From contig CAVTWJ010000001.1 in NCBI GenBank assembly GCA_963738405.1, positions 128,001 through 192,000 of the forward strand: a DNA stretch of 64,000 nt, written 5' to 3'. Position numbers and translations under genes: made by a program. A model generated the notes under the pieces. That model was not told where the DNA came from and made no database searches. It was given only the letters and a program-made list of their open reading frames with translations. Positions 44,884 to 54,160 of this stretch are shown here, piece after piece (within the stretch, counting starts at the first letter, position 1; each line of letters begins with the position of its first letter). The DNA is from a candidate division FCPU426 bacterium (GTDB lineage Bacteria; Oederibacteriota; Muellerivitia; Muellerivitales; Muellerivitaceae).

Positions 44884-45576
44884 ATGCGCCACCACCCCAT
44901 TAATGATAATGGTTTTTTTCGATATTTTATTTATCTAGCCTTTTTGGTATGGGCTAGCGGGTTTATTTTGCCAAATCGGTCGATGGGAATCGAACCTGAT
45001 TCTCCACTTTTTGAAACCAATTCAATTACGACAACAGGTAATGGATCTCAAAATCTTCCTTTGCCTTTGTCGCAAGAATTGCCAAGCGCAACCCCCAGTC
45101 TTTTAGATACTTTAGGCCGTGTTCTCGCGGCATTAACTTTGATAATCGTTTTAATAGTCGCAACTGTATGGGGCCTCAAACTAATTTGGGAAAAGAGGGG
45201 TTTGACCCTGAAGGGAGAAGATGGAAAATCGCTTCGAATACTTTCCTCCATATTCATTGCTCCGAGAAAAACGATACATTTAGTTGAGGTGGGAAAAAGA
45301 ATACTGGTGGTAGGGGTGGGAAATGAGGAGATTCACCCTTTAGATGTTATTGCTGATCCGGTTGAAGTAGAGGCACTCAAAAGAAATTCTACTCAGGGTT
45401 TCCCTGTTCTGTTGGAAAAAATACTTCATAAATCCGATGGGCCTGCCGTTGTCGCTGACACTGAAAAAATAGTCGCGGAAAGTAAAAAAACTTTGGACGG
45501 GTATATCGAACGCCTTAAAAAAGCATCGCCAAAAAAGAAAAAGGACTCCGGCGAAAGTGACGGATTGGATTTATGA
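44884..45576 (+). CDS. fliO: Flagellar biosynthesis protein FliO/FliZ
   Basis: TM followed by IHLVEVGKRILVVGV; position before fliP. Confidence 0.82.
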   Translation: MRHHPINDNGFFRYFIYLAFLVWASGFILPNRSMGIEPDSPLFETNSITTTGNGSQNLPLPLSQELPSATPSLLDTLGRVLAALTLIIVLIVATVWGLKLIWEKRGLTLKGEDGKSLRILSSIFIAPRKTIHLVEVGKRILVVGVGNEEIHPLDVIADPVEVEALKRNSTQGFPVLLEKILHKSDGPAVVADTEKIVAESKKTLDGYIERLKKASPKKKKDSGESDGLDL

Positions 45577-46325
45577 AAAAGGCATTGCTGAGGGTTTATT
45601 TAAGTCTGATCTTTTTATTGCTTACGACGGAATTTATTGGAGCCGCGGATTTTCCGTTTCCGGCGCTTAAATTTGGCGTGGAACAGGCAAAAACCCCGCA
45701 AGATGTTGCTTTAAGTCTACAAATTATTTTAGTTTTAACTGTTCTTTCGCTTGCGCCCGCCATTTTGATTTTGATGACTTCGTTTACTAGAATCGTAATA
45801 GTGTTGGCGTTCTTGAGGCAGGCTTTGGGGACACAGCAAGTCCCCCCCAATCAAGTTCTTGTAGGATTGGCATTGTTTCTTACTTTTTTTACCATGCAGC
45901 CAACTTTCAATCTGATCGACAAAGAATCCCTTACGCCTTACTTAGCTGGAAAACTAAGCACATCGGAGGCGTTTAAAAAAGGGGAAGGCCCATTACGGCA
46001 ATTTATGTTCAAACAAACTCGCGAAAAAGATTTGGCTTTATTTGTGGCGCTTTCAAAATCGAGTCGGCCCCGAACACCTGCGGACATATCCACCTGGGTT
46101 CTAATTCCTGCGTTTGTAATTAGCGAACTCAAAAAGGCTTTTGAGATGGGGTTCATTATTTTTATCCCATTTTTGGTTATCGATATGGTGGTTTCTTCTG
46201 TCTTAATGTCGATGGGAATGTTGATGCTCCCGCCCGTATTGATATCGTTGCCGTTTAAAATACTTCTTTTCATCATGGTCGATGGATGGAATTTAATTGT
46301 CCGATCCATTGCACTCAGCTTTTAA
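45573..46325 (+). CDS. fliP: Flagellar export gate FliP
   Basis: TSFTRIVIVL, QQVPPNQVL, PAFVISEL, PFKILLF..VDGW. Confidence 0.98.
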   Translation: MKKALLRVYLSLIFLLLTTEFIGAADFPFPALKFGVEQAKTPQDVALSLQIILVLTVLSLAPAILILMTSFTRIVIVLAFLRQALGTQQVPPNQVLVGLALFLTFFTMQPTFNLIDKESLTPYLAGKLSTSEAFKKGEGPLRQFMFKQTREKDLALFVALSKSSRPRTPADISTWVLIPAFVISELKKAFEMGFIIFIPFLVIDMVVSSVLMSMGMLMLPPVLISLPFKILLFIMVDGWNLIVRSIALSF

Positions 46326-46339
46326 GGGAAGGAAATAAC

Positions 46340-46609
46340 TTGAGTGTCGAGTTTATATCTGATCTTGCGACAAGAGCTCTGTGGGTTACTCTTCTTGTTT
46401 CCGCGCCCATTCTTGGACTTGGGTTAGCGGTTGGCGTCGCTGTTTCAATTTTTCAAGCAGTTACCCAAATTCAAGAAATGACTCTTACCTTTATTCCTAA
46501 GGTAATCGCAATATTTTTGGCAATTCTTATATTTGGGAAATGGATGATTTTGATTCTCCTGAATTTTACTTCCAATCTTTGGAGCAATTTACCTCAATAC
46601 GTCAAGTGA
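46340..46609 (+). CDS. fliQ: Flagellar export gate FliQ
   Basis: SIFQAVTQIQEMTLTFIPK; TTG 46340 after GGAAGG. Confidence 0.96.
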   Translation: MSVEFISDLATRALWVTLLVSAPILGLGLAVGVAVSIFQAVTQIQEMTLTFIPKVIAIFLAILIFGKWMILILLNFTSNLWSNLPQYVK

Positions 46610-46615
46610 GCAACC

Positions 46616-47410
46616 TTGCCAACAAATCCATTTGATTTTAATTCCAAAGATGTGGTTGCTTTCGTTCTGATCTTGGTAAGATTGGCGGGCCTTTTTATTA
46701 CGGCACCCGTTTTTTCCAGCCGAAATATTCCTCCTCAATTGAAAGCCGCTTGGGTTTTGCTTATGACCCTTCTCGTTTTCCCTGTCGTTTCCTATCAACC
46801 CATTGCGATTCCAACCCCGGGGTTGGCTTTGGGTTTGGCGGTTGTTAAGGAGGCAGCAATAGGTATGTGTTTGGGGTTTGGGGCTTTGCTTTTATTTACT
46901 GGCATCCAAATGGCGGGCCAAATAATTGACATTCAGATGGGACTTGGAATGGTGAATATTATAGACCCCGTTACAAATGCTCAAATTTCAGTAATGGGAC
47001 AGTTTTACTTTATGATTGCCACCTTAGTATTTTTGGCAGTGGATGGCCACCATATTCTTATCAGAGCTGTGGTTGATAGTTTCTCTGTAATCCCTTTAGG
47101 GGAGGCTCATTTCACGGCAGCGCTGGGAACAGAAATGATGCATTTATTTTCTAGGGTGTTTTTTATTGCTTTTCGTGTTGGGGCTCCCGTTATAGGCGCA
47201 TTGTTTATTACAAACCTTGCTTTGGGAGTGGTGGCGAGAACTGTGCCTCAAATGAATGTTTTTATTGTTGGAATGCCTTTAAATATGGGAGTGGGTCTTT
47301 TAATCGTTGCTGTTTCAATGAGTTTCTTTGTTTATATATTGCAAGATATGTTTCAGGGGAAACATGGACTGGGGTGGGATTTAGCTATTTTGATTAAATC
47401 TTTAAAATAA
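46616..47410 (+). CDS. fliR: Flagellar export gate FliR
   Basis: AGQIIDIQMG, DGHH, RTVPQMNVF..G.P. Confidence 0.96.
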   Translation: MPTNPFDFNSKDVVAFVLILVRLAGLFITAPVFSSRNIPPQLKAAWVLLMTLLVFPVVSYQPIAIPTPGLALGLAVVKEAAIGMCLGFGALLLFTGIQMAGQIIDIQMGLGMVNIIDPVTNAQISVMGQFYFMIATLVFLAVDGHHILIRAVVDSFSVIPLGEAHFTAALGTEMMHLFSRVFFIAFRVGAPVIGALFITNLALGVVARTVPQMNVFIVGMPLNMGVGLLIVAVSMSFFVYILQDMFQGKHGLGWDLAILIKSLK

Positions 47411-47430
47411 ATACAAAAGGAATCTAGGCA

Positions 47431-48483
47431 TTGCCTGACCCATCAAAAACAGAAAAACCTACCCCACATCGAATAAAAGAGGCTAGGGAAAGGGGCCAGG
47501 TCGCTCGTTCGGTCGAAATAAATTCTGTAGTTGTTTTATTGGCTGGGTTATTGACTCTGCGATATGCCGGACCTTACATGGTGGATTCCCTCCGAGACGT
47601 AACGGTTTTTTTCTACCAAAACATGAATACGACCCTTGGGACAGAAAATATTTACACGTATGGAATTTTTTTGATGGGGAAAACTTTTCTTATTTTAGCC
47701 CCGGTTTTGGGAGTCATTTTGATGGTGGGCCTTTTGGCTAACTATCTTCAAGTAGGTGTTCTTTTTTCTTTAAAGCCAATGACCCCTAAATTCAACAACA
47801 TAAATCCAATAAATGGTTTTCAGCGATTGTTTTCGCGCAGATCCTTGGTGGAATTTATTAAATCAATATTAAAGCTTTTGATTATAGGTTGGATAGCGTT
47901 TGGTGGGGTCAAGGCGGCATTGCCGCAATTGGTACCAGCGATGGATATGGAGGGAACAGAAGCTTTGGGGTTGATTGGAACCTTGGCTATAAACATTATC
48001 AATCGAATCATTTTGGTCCTGGTAGTCTTGGCTATTTTAGATTACCTCTATCAAAAATGGGATTACGAGGATAATTTACGCATGTCAAAACAAGAAATAA
48101 GGGACGAGTTTAGGCAAGCAGAAGGCGACCCGATGATTAAGGCGAGAATCCGCCAAATTCAGAGGGAAATGACAAGAAGGCGCATGTTTGATGCGATCCC
48201 TCGAGCGGATGTGGTGATTACCAATCCCACTCACGTGGCAGTAGCTTTGGAATATAAAGAAGGAATGCAGGCACCCGTCGTTTTAGCAAAAGGCGAAAGA
48301 GTTGTTGCAGAGAGAATCAGGGATATGGCTGTTAAAAACAGGGTACCCATTGTTCAAAATCCACCTCTTGCTCGAGCTCTTTTGAAGTCCTGCCCGGTTG
48401 GAGCTCCTATATCACCTGATTTATTTGAAGCGGTTGCGGAGGTATTGGCCTTTGTTTACCGATTGAACAAACAGCACAGATAA
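47431..48483 (+). CDS. flhB: Flagellar export switch FlhB
   Basis: KTEKPT, INPING, EGDP.IK, NPTH autocleavage motif, VAEVLA. Confidence 0.97.
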   Translation: MPDPSKTEKPTPHRIKEARERGQVARSVEINSVVVLLAGLLTLRYAGPYMVDSLRDVTVFFYQNMNTTLGTENIYTYGIFLMGKTFLILAPVLGVILMVGLLANYLQVGVLFSLKPMTPKFNNINPINGFQRLFSRRSLVEFIKSILKLLIIGWIAFGGVKAALPQLVPAMDMEGTEALGLIGTLAINIINRIILVLVVLAILDYLYQKWDYEDNLRMSKQEIRDEFRQAEGDPMIKARIRQIQREMTRRRMFDAIPRADVVITNPTHVAVALEYKEGMQAPVVLAKGERVVAERIRDMAVKNRVPIVQNPPLARALLKSCPVGAPISPDLFEAVAEVLAFVYRLNKQHR

Positions 48484-48573
48484 AACCGGCAATTGGGGAA
48501 AAAGGAAGCATGACCGCAAAGCTTTTTGCGGTTAAAATATCGGTTCCTGATCACATGTGAAGTAGAGGAAAAA

Positions 48574-50649
48574 ATGGCTGAAACAACTACAATCACCAAT
48601 ATCCAAAAGAATAGCGATTTATTTATCGCCTTCGCCCTGGTTATGGTGATCTTAATGTTGTTTATTCCGCTCCCGCCTATTGTTTTGGATCTTTTGATCT
48701 CTGTCAATATCACCATGGCTTTGGTAGTTGTACTCATAACCATGTATACCCTAGAACCGCTCCAGTTTTCGATATTTCCAACCTTACTTCTCATTACTAC
48801 ATTGTTTAGGTTGGCCCTTAATGTTTCGGCAACTCGCTTGATACTGTTGCATGGAAGCGAAAGCACCAGTGCGGCTGGAAAGGTTATTGAGGCAATTGGC
48901 GCCATTGTCGTTGGTGGGAACACTTGGGTTGGGCTGGTAGTTTTCTTGATTTTAGTCATTATCCAGTTTGTTGTTATTACCAACGGTGCTCAGAGGGTGG
49001 CAGAAGTGGCGGCTCGATTTACCTTGGATGCGATGCCTGGAAAACAAATGGCCATAGATGCGGATTTAAACTCCGGTTTAATTACCGATGACCAAGCTCG
49101 AAAGCGTCGAAAAGAAGTTGAAAGGGAGGCGGATTTTTACGGTGCGATGGATGGAGCGAGTAAATTTGTACGCGGCGATGCGATAGCTGCGATTATCATC
49201 GTTATCATTAATATTCTTGGCGGATTTGCCGTTGGAGTTTTGACGGGGGGGTTGGGAATTTTGGAAGTTTTTCAACGATATACCCTACTAACCGTTGGAG
49301 ATGGTTTGGCCACACAAATTCCAGCTCTAATGTTATCGACAGCCACTGGTATTGTAGTTACGCGTGCCGCATCAGACAGTAATCTTGGAACAGATTTAGT
49401 CAAACAAATTATAGCTCAACCTCGCGCTCTTTGGATTGCATCGGGTGTCATTGCGATGATTGGAATCTACATGTTCAATATTCCATTGCTTTTTATTTCT
49501 TTTGTGACGGGGGGGGTGGCCTATTTCATTCAGCGTGGAATAACAATGGAAGACTTGGAGACGGAGAAAGCCAAGAGTCAGGCCCCTGAAAAGAAAAAAG
49601 AACCAGAAAATGTAACTTCACTTCTATCGGTTGATCCTTTAGAGGTAGAAATCGGATACAGCTTGATTCCGCTGGTGGATGAAGCCCAAGGTGGGGATTT
49701 ATTGGAAAGAATTACGGGTATTCGGAGACAAATGGCGGGAGATTTAGGATTGGTTATTCCACCCATTCGGATACGCGATAATATGCAACTTCAACCCTCA
49801 GAATATATGATCAAATTAAAGGGTGTGGAAGTGGCCCGATGGAAGATCATGCCTGGACATTTATTAGCCATGTCCACCGGTCCTGATATGGTGAAGATCC
49901 CCGGCATACCTACTAAAGAACCTACCTTTAATTTGGCAGCATTTTGGATTACCGATGAAGAGAAAGCCCAAGCCGAACAAGCTGGGTACTCGGTTGTGGA
50001 CGCTTCCACAGTGATTGCAACTCATCTTACTGAAGTGATAAGAAATCAGGCTCACGAATTCTTGACGCGCCAGAGTGTTTCGAAGCTTTTGGATCAAGTC
50101 AAAAAGGAATCTCCGGCAGTCGTGGATGAGATGATACCCAGTCAATTGTCTATAGGGGACATGCAAAAAATACTCCAAAACCTGTTAAAAGAGCATCTCC
50201 CAATTCGAGATATGGAAAGTATTCTTGAGGCGGTTGCCGATCATGTGAAGGAAACAAAAGATACTCAAATATTAACTGAATACGCCAGACGATCATTGGC
50301 AAGATCTATTACGAAGCAGCATATTTCTGCGGAAGGGAAGGTTTATGCTTTGACATTAGAACCGAAGTTTGAAAAAACCATTATGGATTCCGTTCAGGCT
50401 GCTGAATCTGGAGCTTCGGCGGCTCTTGATCCCCGTATTCTTCAAACGATGTTTAGGAGTCTTTCAACTGGAATAGAAAAAATGGCCCAACAAAATCGAC
50501 AACCTTTAGTTCTTTGTTCGGCAAATGTTCGCCCTTATTTTAAAAGAATGATTGAAAGGTTTATTCCACATTTAACCGTACTGTCCTTTAACGAATTACT
50601 TCCGCGTACCGAAATCCAATCGGTAGGACTTATCGAGGCAAATGGATGA
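48574..50649 (+). CDS. flhA: Flagellar export protein FlhA
   Basis: RVAEVAARFTLDAMPGKQMAIDADL, FYGAMDGASKFVRGDA; ATG 48574 after GAGG. Confidence 0.98.
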   Translation: MAETTTITNIQKNSDLFIAFALVMVILMLFIPLPPIVLDLLISVNITMALVVVLITMYTLEPLQFSIFPTLLLITTLFRLALNVSATRLILLHGSESTSAAGKVIEAIGAIVVGGNTWVGLVVFLILVIIQFVVITNGAQRVAEVAARFTLDAMPGKQMAIDADLNSGLITDDQARKRRKEVEREADFYGAMDGASKFVRGDAIAAIIIVIINILGGFAVGVLTGGLGILEVFQRYTLLTVGDGLATQIPALMLSTATGIVVTRAASDSNLGTDLVKQIIAQPRALWIASGVIAMIGIYMFNIPLLFISFVTGGVAYFIQRGITMEDLETEKAKSQAPEKKKEPENVTSLLSVDPLEVEIGYSLIPLVDEAQGGDLLERITGIRRQMAGDLGLVIPPIRIRDNMQLQPSEYMIKLKGVEVARWKIMPGHLLAMSTGPDMVKIPGIPTKEPTFNLAAFWITDEEKAQAEQAGYSVVDASTVIATHLTEVIRNQAHEFLTRQSVSKLLDQVKKESPAVVDEMIPSQLSIGDMQKILQNLLKEHLPIRDMESILEAVADHVKETKDTQILTEYARRSLARSITKQHISAEGKVYALTLEPKFEKTIMDSVQAAESGASAALDPRILQTMFRSLSTGIEKMAQQNRQPLVLCSANVRPYFKRMIERFIPHLTVLSFNELLPRTEIQSVGLIEANG

Positions 50650-51839
50650 GAATCAAACGGTATGAAGCTCCCACGATTCAAGAGGCTCTTATGAAAGTTA
50701 AGAAAGATTTGGGCCCTGAAGCGGTAATTCTTTACACGAAAACGTTCCGTAAGGGAGGGGTTTTGGGACTGTTTGGGAAACCGGTGGCGGAGATTACTGC
50801 GGGAGTAGAGCTGAATCTTATGGACGATATGGCTCGCCGCAAAGGATCTTCCTCGAATATTCCACCAATTTTGGAGCGGAGCGAGGTTACTTTACCACAG
50901 AATATTTTATCGCCCGCTGGACGTACGGTTGGAACGCTTGATCCTGCAAGAACAAAGGTTAAGGCTCTCCAAAGAGAATTAAACGAAATGAAAACTTCAA
51001 GCGTCGCAAGTTTAATCAAGGAAATGCAACGCCCCGAAAATGGTGCGATTTTGTCTGAAGGATTTAATAAATTAAAAAAGAAACTCGCCAAACAGGAAGT
51101 CGAAGAATTTTTGGTACAAAAAATTATTAAAGGGATGATTAATGAAAAAATAGATCCTGATCGTCCTGATGAGGTTCAATTGTGGATCAACAAACAAGTT
51201 GCGGCCTCTCTGAAAACGGCTCCTCCTATTTCCTTGGGTGGTTTTCAAAAAGTTATCGCTTTTGTTGGGCCAACCGGAGTTGGGAAAACTACCACCCTTG
51301 CAAAATTGGCAGCACGATTTAGTTTGATGGAAGGTAAAAAGGTTGCGATGGTTACGGCAGATACATACAGAATTGCCGCAACGGAACAATTAAGGACTTA
51401 TGGGCGAATCATGGGAATCCCAGTAGAGGTGGCAAATGGTTCGGACGAGATTATTTCTGTGCTTAATCGGCACAAGGGGGCAGATTTGATTTTGGTGGAT
51501 ACCGCAGGCCGTAGCCCTTCGAACGAAGAGCAATTGGAAGAGTTGAAAGAGTTTATCGCAAAAAGTCACGCAGATGAAATTCATTTAGTCTTGTCTGCCA
51601 CAACGAAATACTTAGATATGATTCGTATTATTGAACGATTTGGTATGGCTGCACCCATAAACAGGATGATATTTACTAAGTTGGATGAAACGCGTTTCTA
51701 CGGTGCGTTTTTAAATCTGATGAATAATTTCCAAATTCCACTGGCATATTATTCTACGGGTCAAAATGTTCCAGATGACTTGGAAGTGGCTGATGTCCCG
51801 TTGCTTGCGGAAAGAATCACAAAGGCTCTTTTAGGTTGA
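50646..51839 (+). CDS. flhF: SRP-type GTPase FlhF
   Basis: LGPEAVIL, GPTGVGKTTT, DTYRIAA.EQL, DTAG, TKLDE, GQNVPDD. Confidence 0.96.
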   Translation: MRIKRYEAPTIQEALMKVKKDLGPEAVILYTKTFRKGGVLGLFGKPVAEITAGVELNLMDDMARRKGSSSNIPPILERSEVTLPQNILSPAGRTVGTLDPARTKVKALQRELNEMKTSSVASLIKEMQRPENGAILSEGFNKLKKKLAKQEVEEFLVQKIIKGMINEKIDPDRPDEVQLWINKQVAASLKTAPPISLGGFQKVIAFVGPTGVGKTTTLAKLAARFSLMEGKKVAMVTADTYRIAATEQLRTYGRIMGIPVEVANGSDEIISVLNRHKGADLILVDTAGRSPSNEEQLEELKEFIAKSHADEIHLVLSATTKYLDMIRIIERFGMAAPINRMIFTKLDETRFYGAFLNLMNNFQIPLAYYSTGQNVPDDLEVADVPLLAERITKALLG

Positions 51840-51852
51840 GGAAAGGCTTTTA

Positions 51853-52758
51853 ATGCAGGATCAAGCGGAAAAGCTACGGCAATTAGTTGGAAAAATTAAT
51901 TCTCAGGAACTAACTGATTCTGTTTCTGATGTTAAGAAAGCGTGTCGAGTTGTTGCCGTTACAAGCGGAAAAGGTGGTGTCGGTAAAACTAATATTTCCG
52001 TAAACTTTGGACTGGCTTTGGCAAAAAAAGGGCGAAAAGTGTTGCTAATGGATGCTGATATGGGATTGGCAAATGTGGATGTCATGATGGGAATCATTCC
52101 CGCCAATACACTTATGAATGTTTTGAATGGCGATAAACGGCTTTCGGAAATCATAATTGAAGGGCCGCTCGGATTGAGATTGGTCGCATCAGGATCTGGT
52201 GGTGTACAAGAACTGGCAGAGTTGAACGAGGTGCAAAGAAATCGATTTCTACAGGATTTGTTTGATCTTCAAAATCAAGAAGAAGTCATACTGATTGATA
52301 CTGGCGCGGGTTTGCATCGTAATGTTTTGGCATTTGTTTTAGCGTCGGAAGAAGTGATTGTAGTTACAACCCCTGAGCCCACCGCTTTAATGGACGCTTA
52401 TGGAATGATCAAAACAATATTTCGCGAAAAAAAAGATCCAATTATCTCAATTGTTGTGAACATGGCCTCTACTCCAGCCGAGGGGGATGAGGCTGGGCGG
52501 AAATTAGTAATTCTTTCTAAAAGGTTTTTGTCGTTAGAAATTAATTATTTAGGTTCTATTCCACGGGATATGGGAATGGTAAGAGCAGTCAAAGAACAAC
52601 ATCCTATTCTTTTATCTTCTCCAATGAGTCCGGCCGCCCTTAGTTTAAGCCGAATCGCCGAGGCTTATTTTTCTGGAAAAGTTCAATCAAACGCGGGAAA
52701 TCTTAGTCAGTTTTTTAAAAAGGTTACTTTGCTTTTTGGGAGACGCGTGCAGGACTGA
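51853..52758 (+). CDS. flhG: MinD-like ATPase FlhG
   Basis: DQAEKLR, SGKGGVGKTN, DADMGLAN, DTGAG, TPEPTA..DAY. Confidence 0.95.
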   Translation: MQDQAEKLRQLVGKINSQELTDSVSDVKKACRVVAVTSGKGGVGKTNISVNFGLALAKKGRKVLLMDADMGLANVDVMMGIIPANTLMNVLNGDKRLSEIIIEGPLGLRLVASGSGGVQELAELNEVQRNRFLQDLFDLQNQEEVILIDTGAGLHRNVLAFVLASEEVIVVTTPEPTALMDAYGMIKTIFREKKDPIISIVVNMASTPAEGDEAGRKLVILSKRFLSLEINYLGSIPRDMGMVRAVKEQHPILLSSPMSPAALSLSRIAEAYFSGKVQSNAGNLSQFFKKVTLLFGRRVQD

Positions 52759-52898
52759 CCGTAAAAAAATACGAAGTTGGAGTTTTTAAAATTTTAAATT
52801 GTTATTTTTTAAGAACTTTAAGACTTTTTTTGCCTGTTTAAATGCTTTGATTTGTGAAAAGAGAAGATTTTAATAAAACGACTTATTAGGAGAAGCCG

Positions 52899-53309
52899 AT
52901 GGTAGATAACGCAAAGGGGAAAAAATATTATGAATTAACCCGAGAAAAGCCATACGGTCTTTTTCACATGATTCTTGTGGGAGGCACCGCATGCTCTGTA
53001 TTGGCATTTTTAATTGTATCTCTTGTTGGTGCTTACGAAGGCATGCCGATGGATTCTATTATATTGGCTTTTTTGACAGCTGTTTTACTCGGATTCTTAT
53101 TTGGAGGTTCCATAACATGGTTGGCTGTTCACTATCTGGGCCCCGTGATTGATAAAAATGAACCAAATAATGGAACAAATTCCGCTCAAGTATCTGTTAG
53201 TGAGGTTGAATCTTCAGAAGTCTCGCCTGAAATAACGGAACCTGTAGAGGAAAAGGGACAAACGATTGATTTTGTTTTTCCGGAGATTTCTCCCGACCAA
53301 CAAGGTTAA
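52899..53309 (+). CDS. Hypothetical two-TM membrane protein with acidic tail
   Basis: AGGAG SD, two hydrophobic helices, Glu/Ser-rich C-terminus; directly upstream of fliA. Confidence 0.75.
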   Translation: MVDNAKGKKYYELTREKPYGLFHMILVGGTACSVLAFLIVSLVGAYEGMPMDSIILAFLTAVLLGFLFGGSITWLAVHYLGPVIDKNEPNNGTNSAQVSVSEVESSEVSPEITEPVEEKGQTIDFVFPEISPDQQG

Positions 53310-53320
53310 CGTGATTTCCG

Positions 53321-54160
53321 ATGACTAAAGAAGATGATTTAAGGAGGCGTTGGGAAAAATTTCTGAAAAATAAAAAGGACATAGTCAATAGAGATTTTTT
53401 AGCCCTACACTATCTTTTTCTTGTTGATGCTGAAAATAGACGACTTCTTGCCCGTTTGCCCGCTAGGATTTATTGGGAGAAGAAAGACGATTTAGCGTCT
53501 GCGGGGGCAATTGGACTTTTGAAAGCTTTAGATCTTTTTGTTCCTCCCGTGGACAAACAAGCTTCGCCGGGAAGGGCCTTTGAGGCATATGCAAGGTATA
53601 GAATTCGCGGTCAAATGGTGGATGAATTACGGGGAATGGATTTTGCGCGGCGAAATCTACGAAAACAAGCTCGAATGATTCAGGAGGCTGAACGTAAAAT
53701 TGAATCAAAGCTTCAAAGGATTCCTAGAGCGGAGGAGACGGCAAAAGCTTTGGGGGTGAGTTTAGAAGAATTTTATGATTGGGTAGCTGAAATAAATATG
53801 TTGAATCTTTTATCCCTAGATGCGGAGAGGATCAAACCGGGGGATGGAAGTACCTGGGCAGAATCCTTAGTTGATGACAAGGCGGAGAATCCGCTTGATA
53901 AAGTCGAGATTAAGGAGAAAATTGAACAGATCAAAGAAGCCTTAAAAGATTTGGGTGATTCCGAGCGAAATGTTCTACAGCTTTATTATATGGAAACATT
54001 AACTTTTAAGGAAATAGGGAGAGTTCTCCACATCAGCGAATCTAGGGTTTGTCAAATACATCACATGGCGATTTTTCGTTTGCAAGAATTTGTCGAAGGA
54101 GGGACATATGGTCGGCTCAAAGGATCAGAACGGCTACACGACTATCACTACCGAAAATGA
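53321..54160 (+). CDS. fliA: FliA/WhiG family sigma factor (sigma28)
   Basis: DL...G.IGL, F..YA..RIRG.M.DELR..D, LYY...LT.KEIG.VL.ISESRV.QIH. Confidence 0.92.
   Translation: MTKEDDLRRRWEKFLKNKKDIVNRDFLALHYLFLVDAENRRLLARLPARIYWEKKDDLASAGAIGLLKALDLFVPPVDKQASPGRAFEAYARYRIRGQMVDELRGMDFARRNLRKQARMIQEAERKIESKLQRIPRAEETAKALGVSLEEFYDWVAEINMLNLLSLDAERIKPGDGSTWAESLVDDKAENPLDKVEIKEKIEQIKEALKDLGDSERNVLQLYYMETLTFKEIGRVLHISESRVCQIHHMAIFRLQEFVEGGTYGRLKGSERLHDYHYRK

Noticed and set aside
45573..50649. Non-flagellar injectisome T3SS
   Set aside because: MotAB, FliG/M, rod genes, FlhF/G and FliA mark it as flagellar; no secretin or needle genes
52874..52902. Sigma28-like TAAA...GCCGAT
   Set aside because: Spacer is 17 nt and the -10 overlaps the start codon
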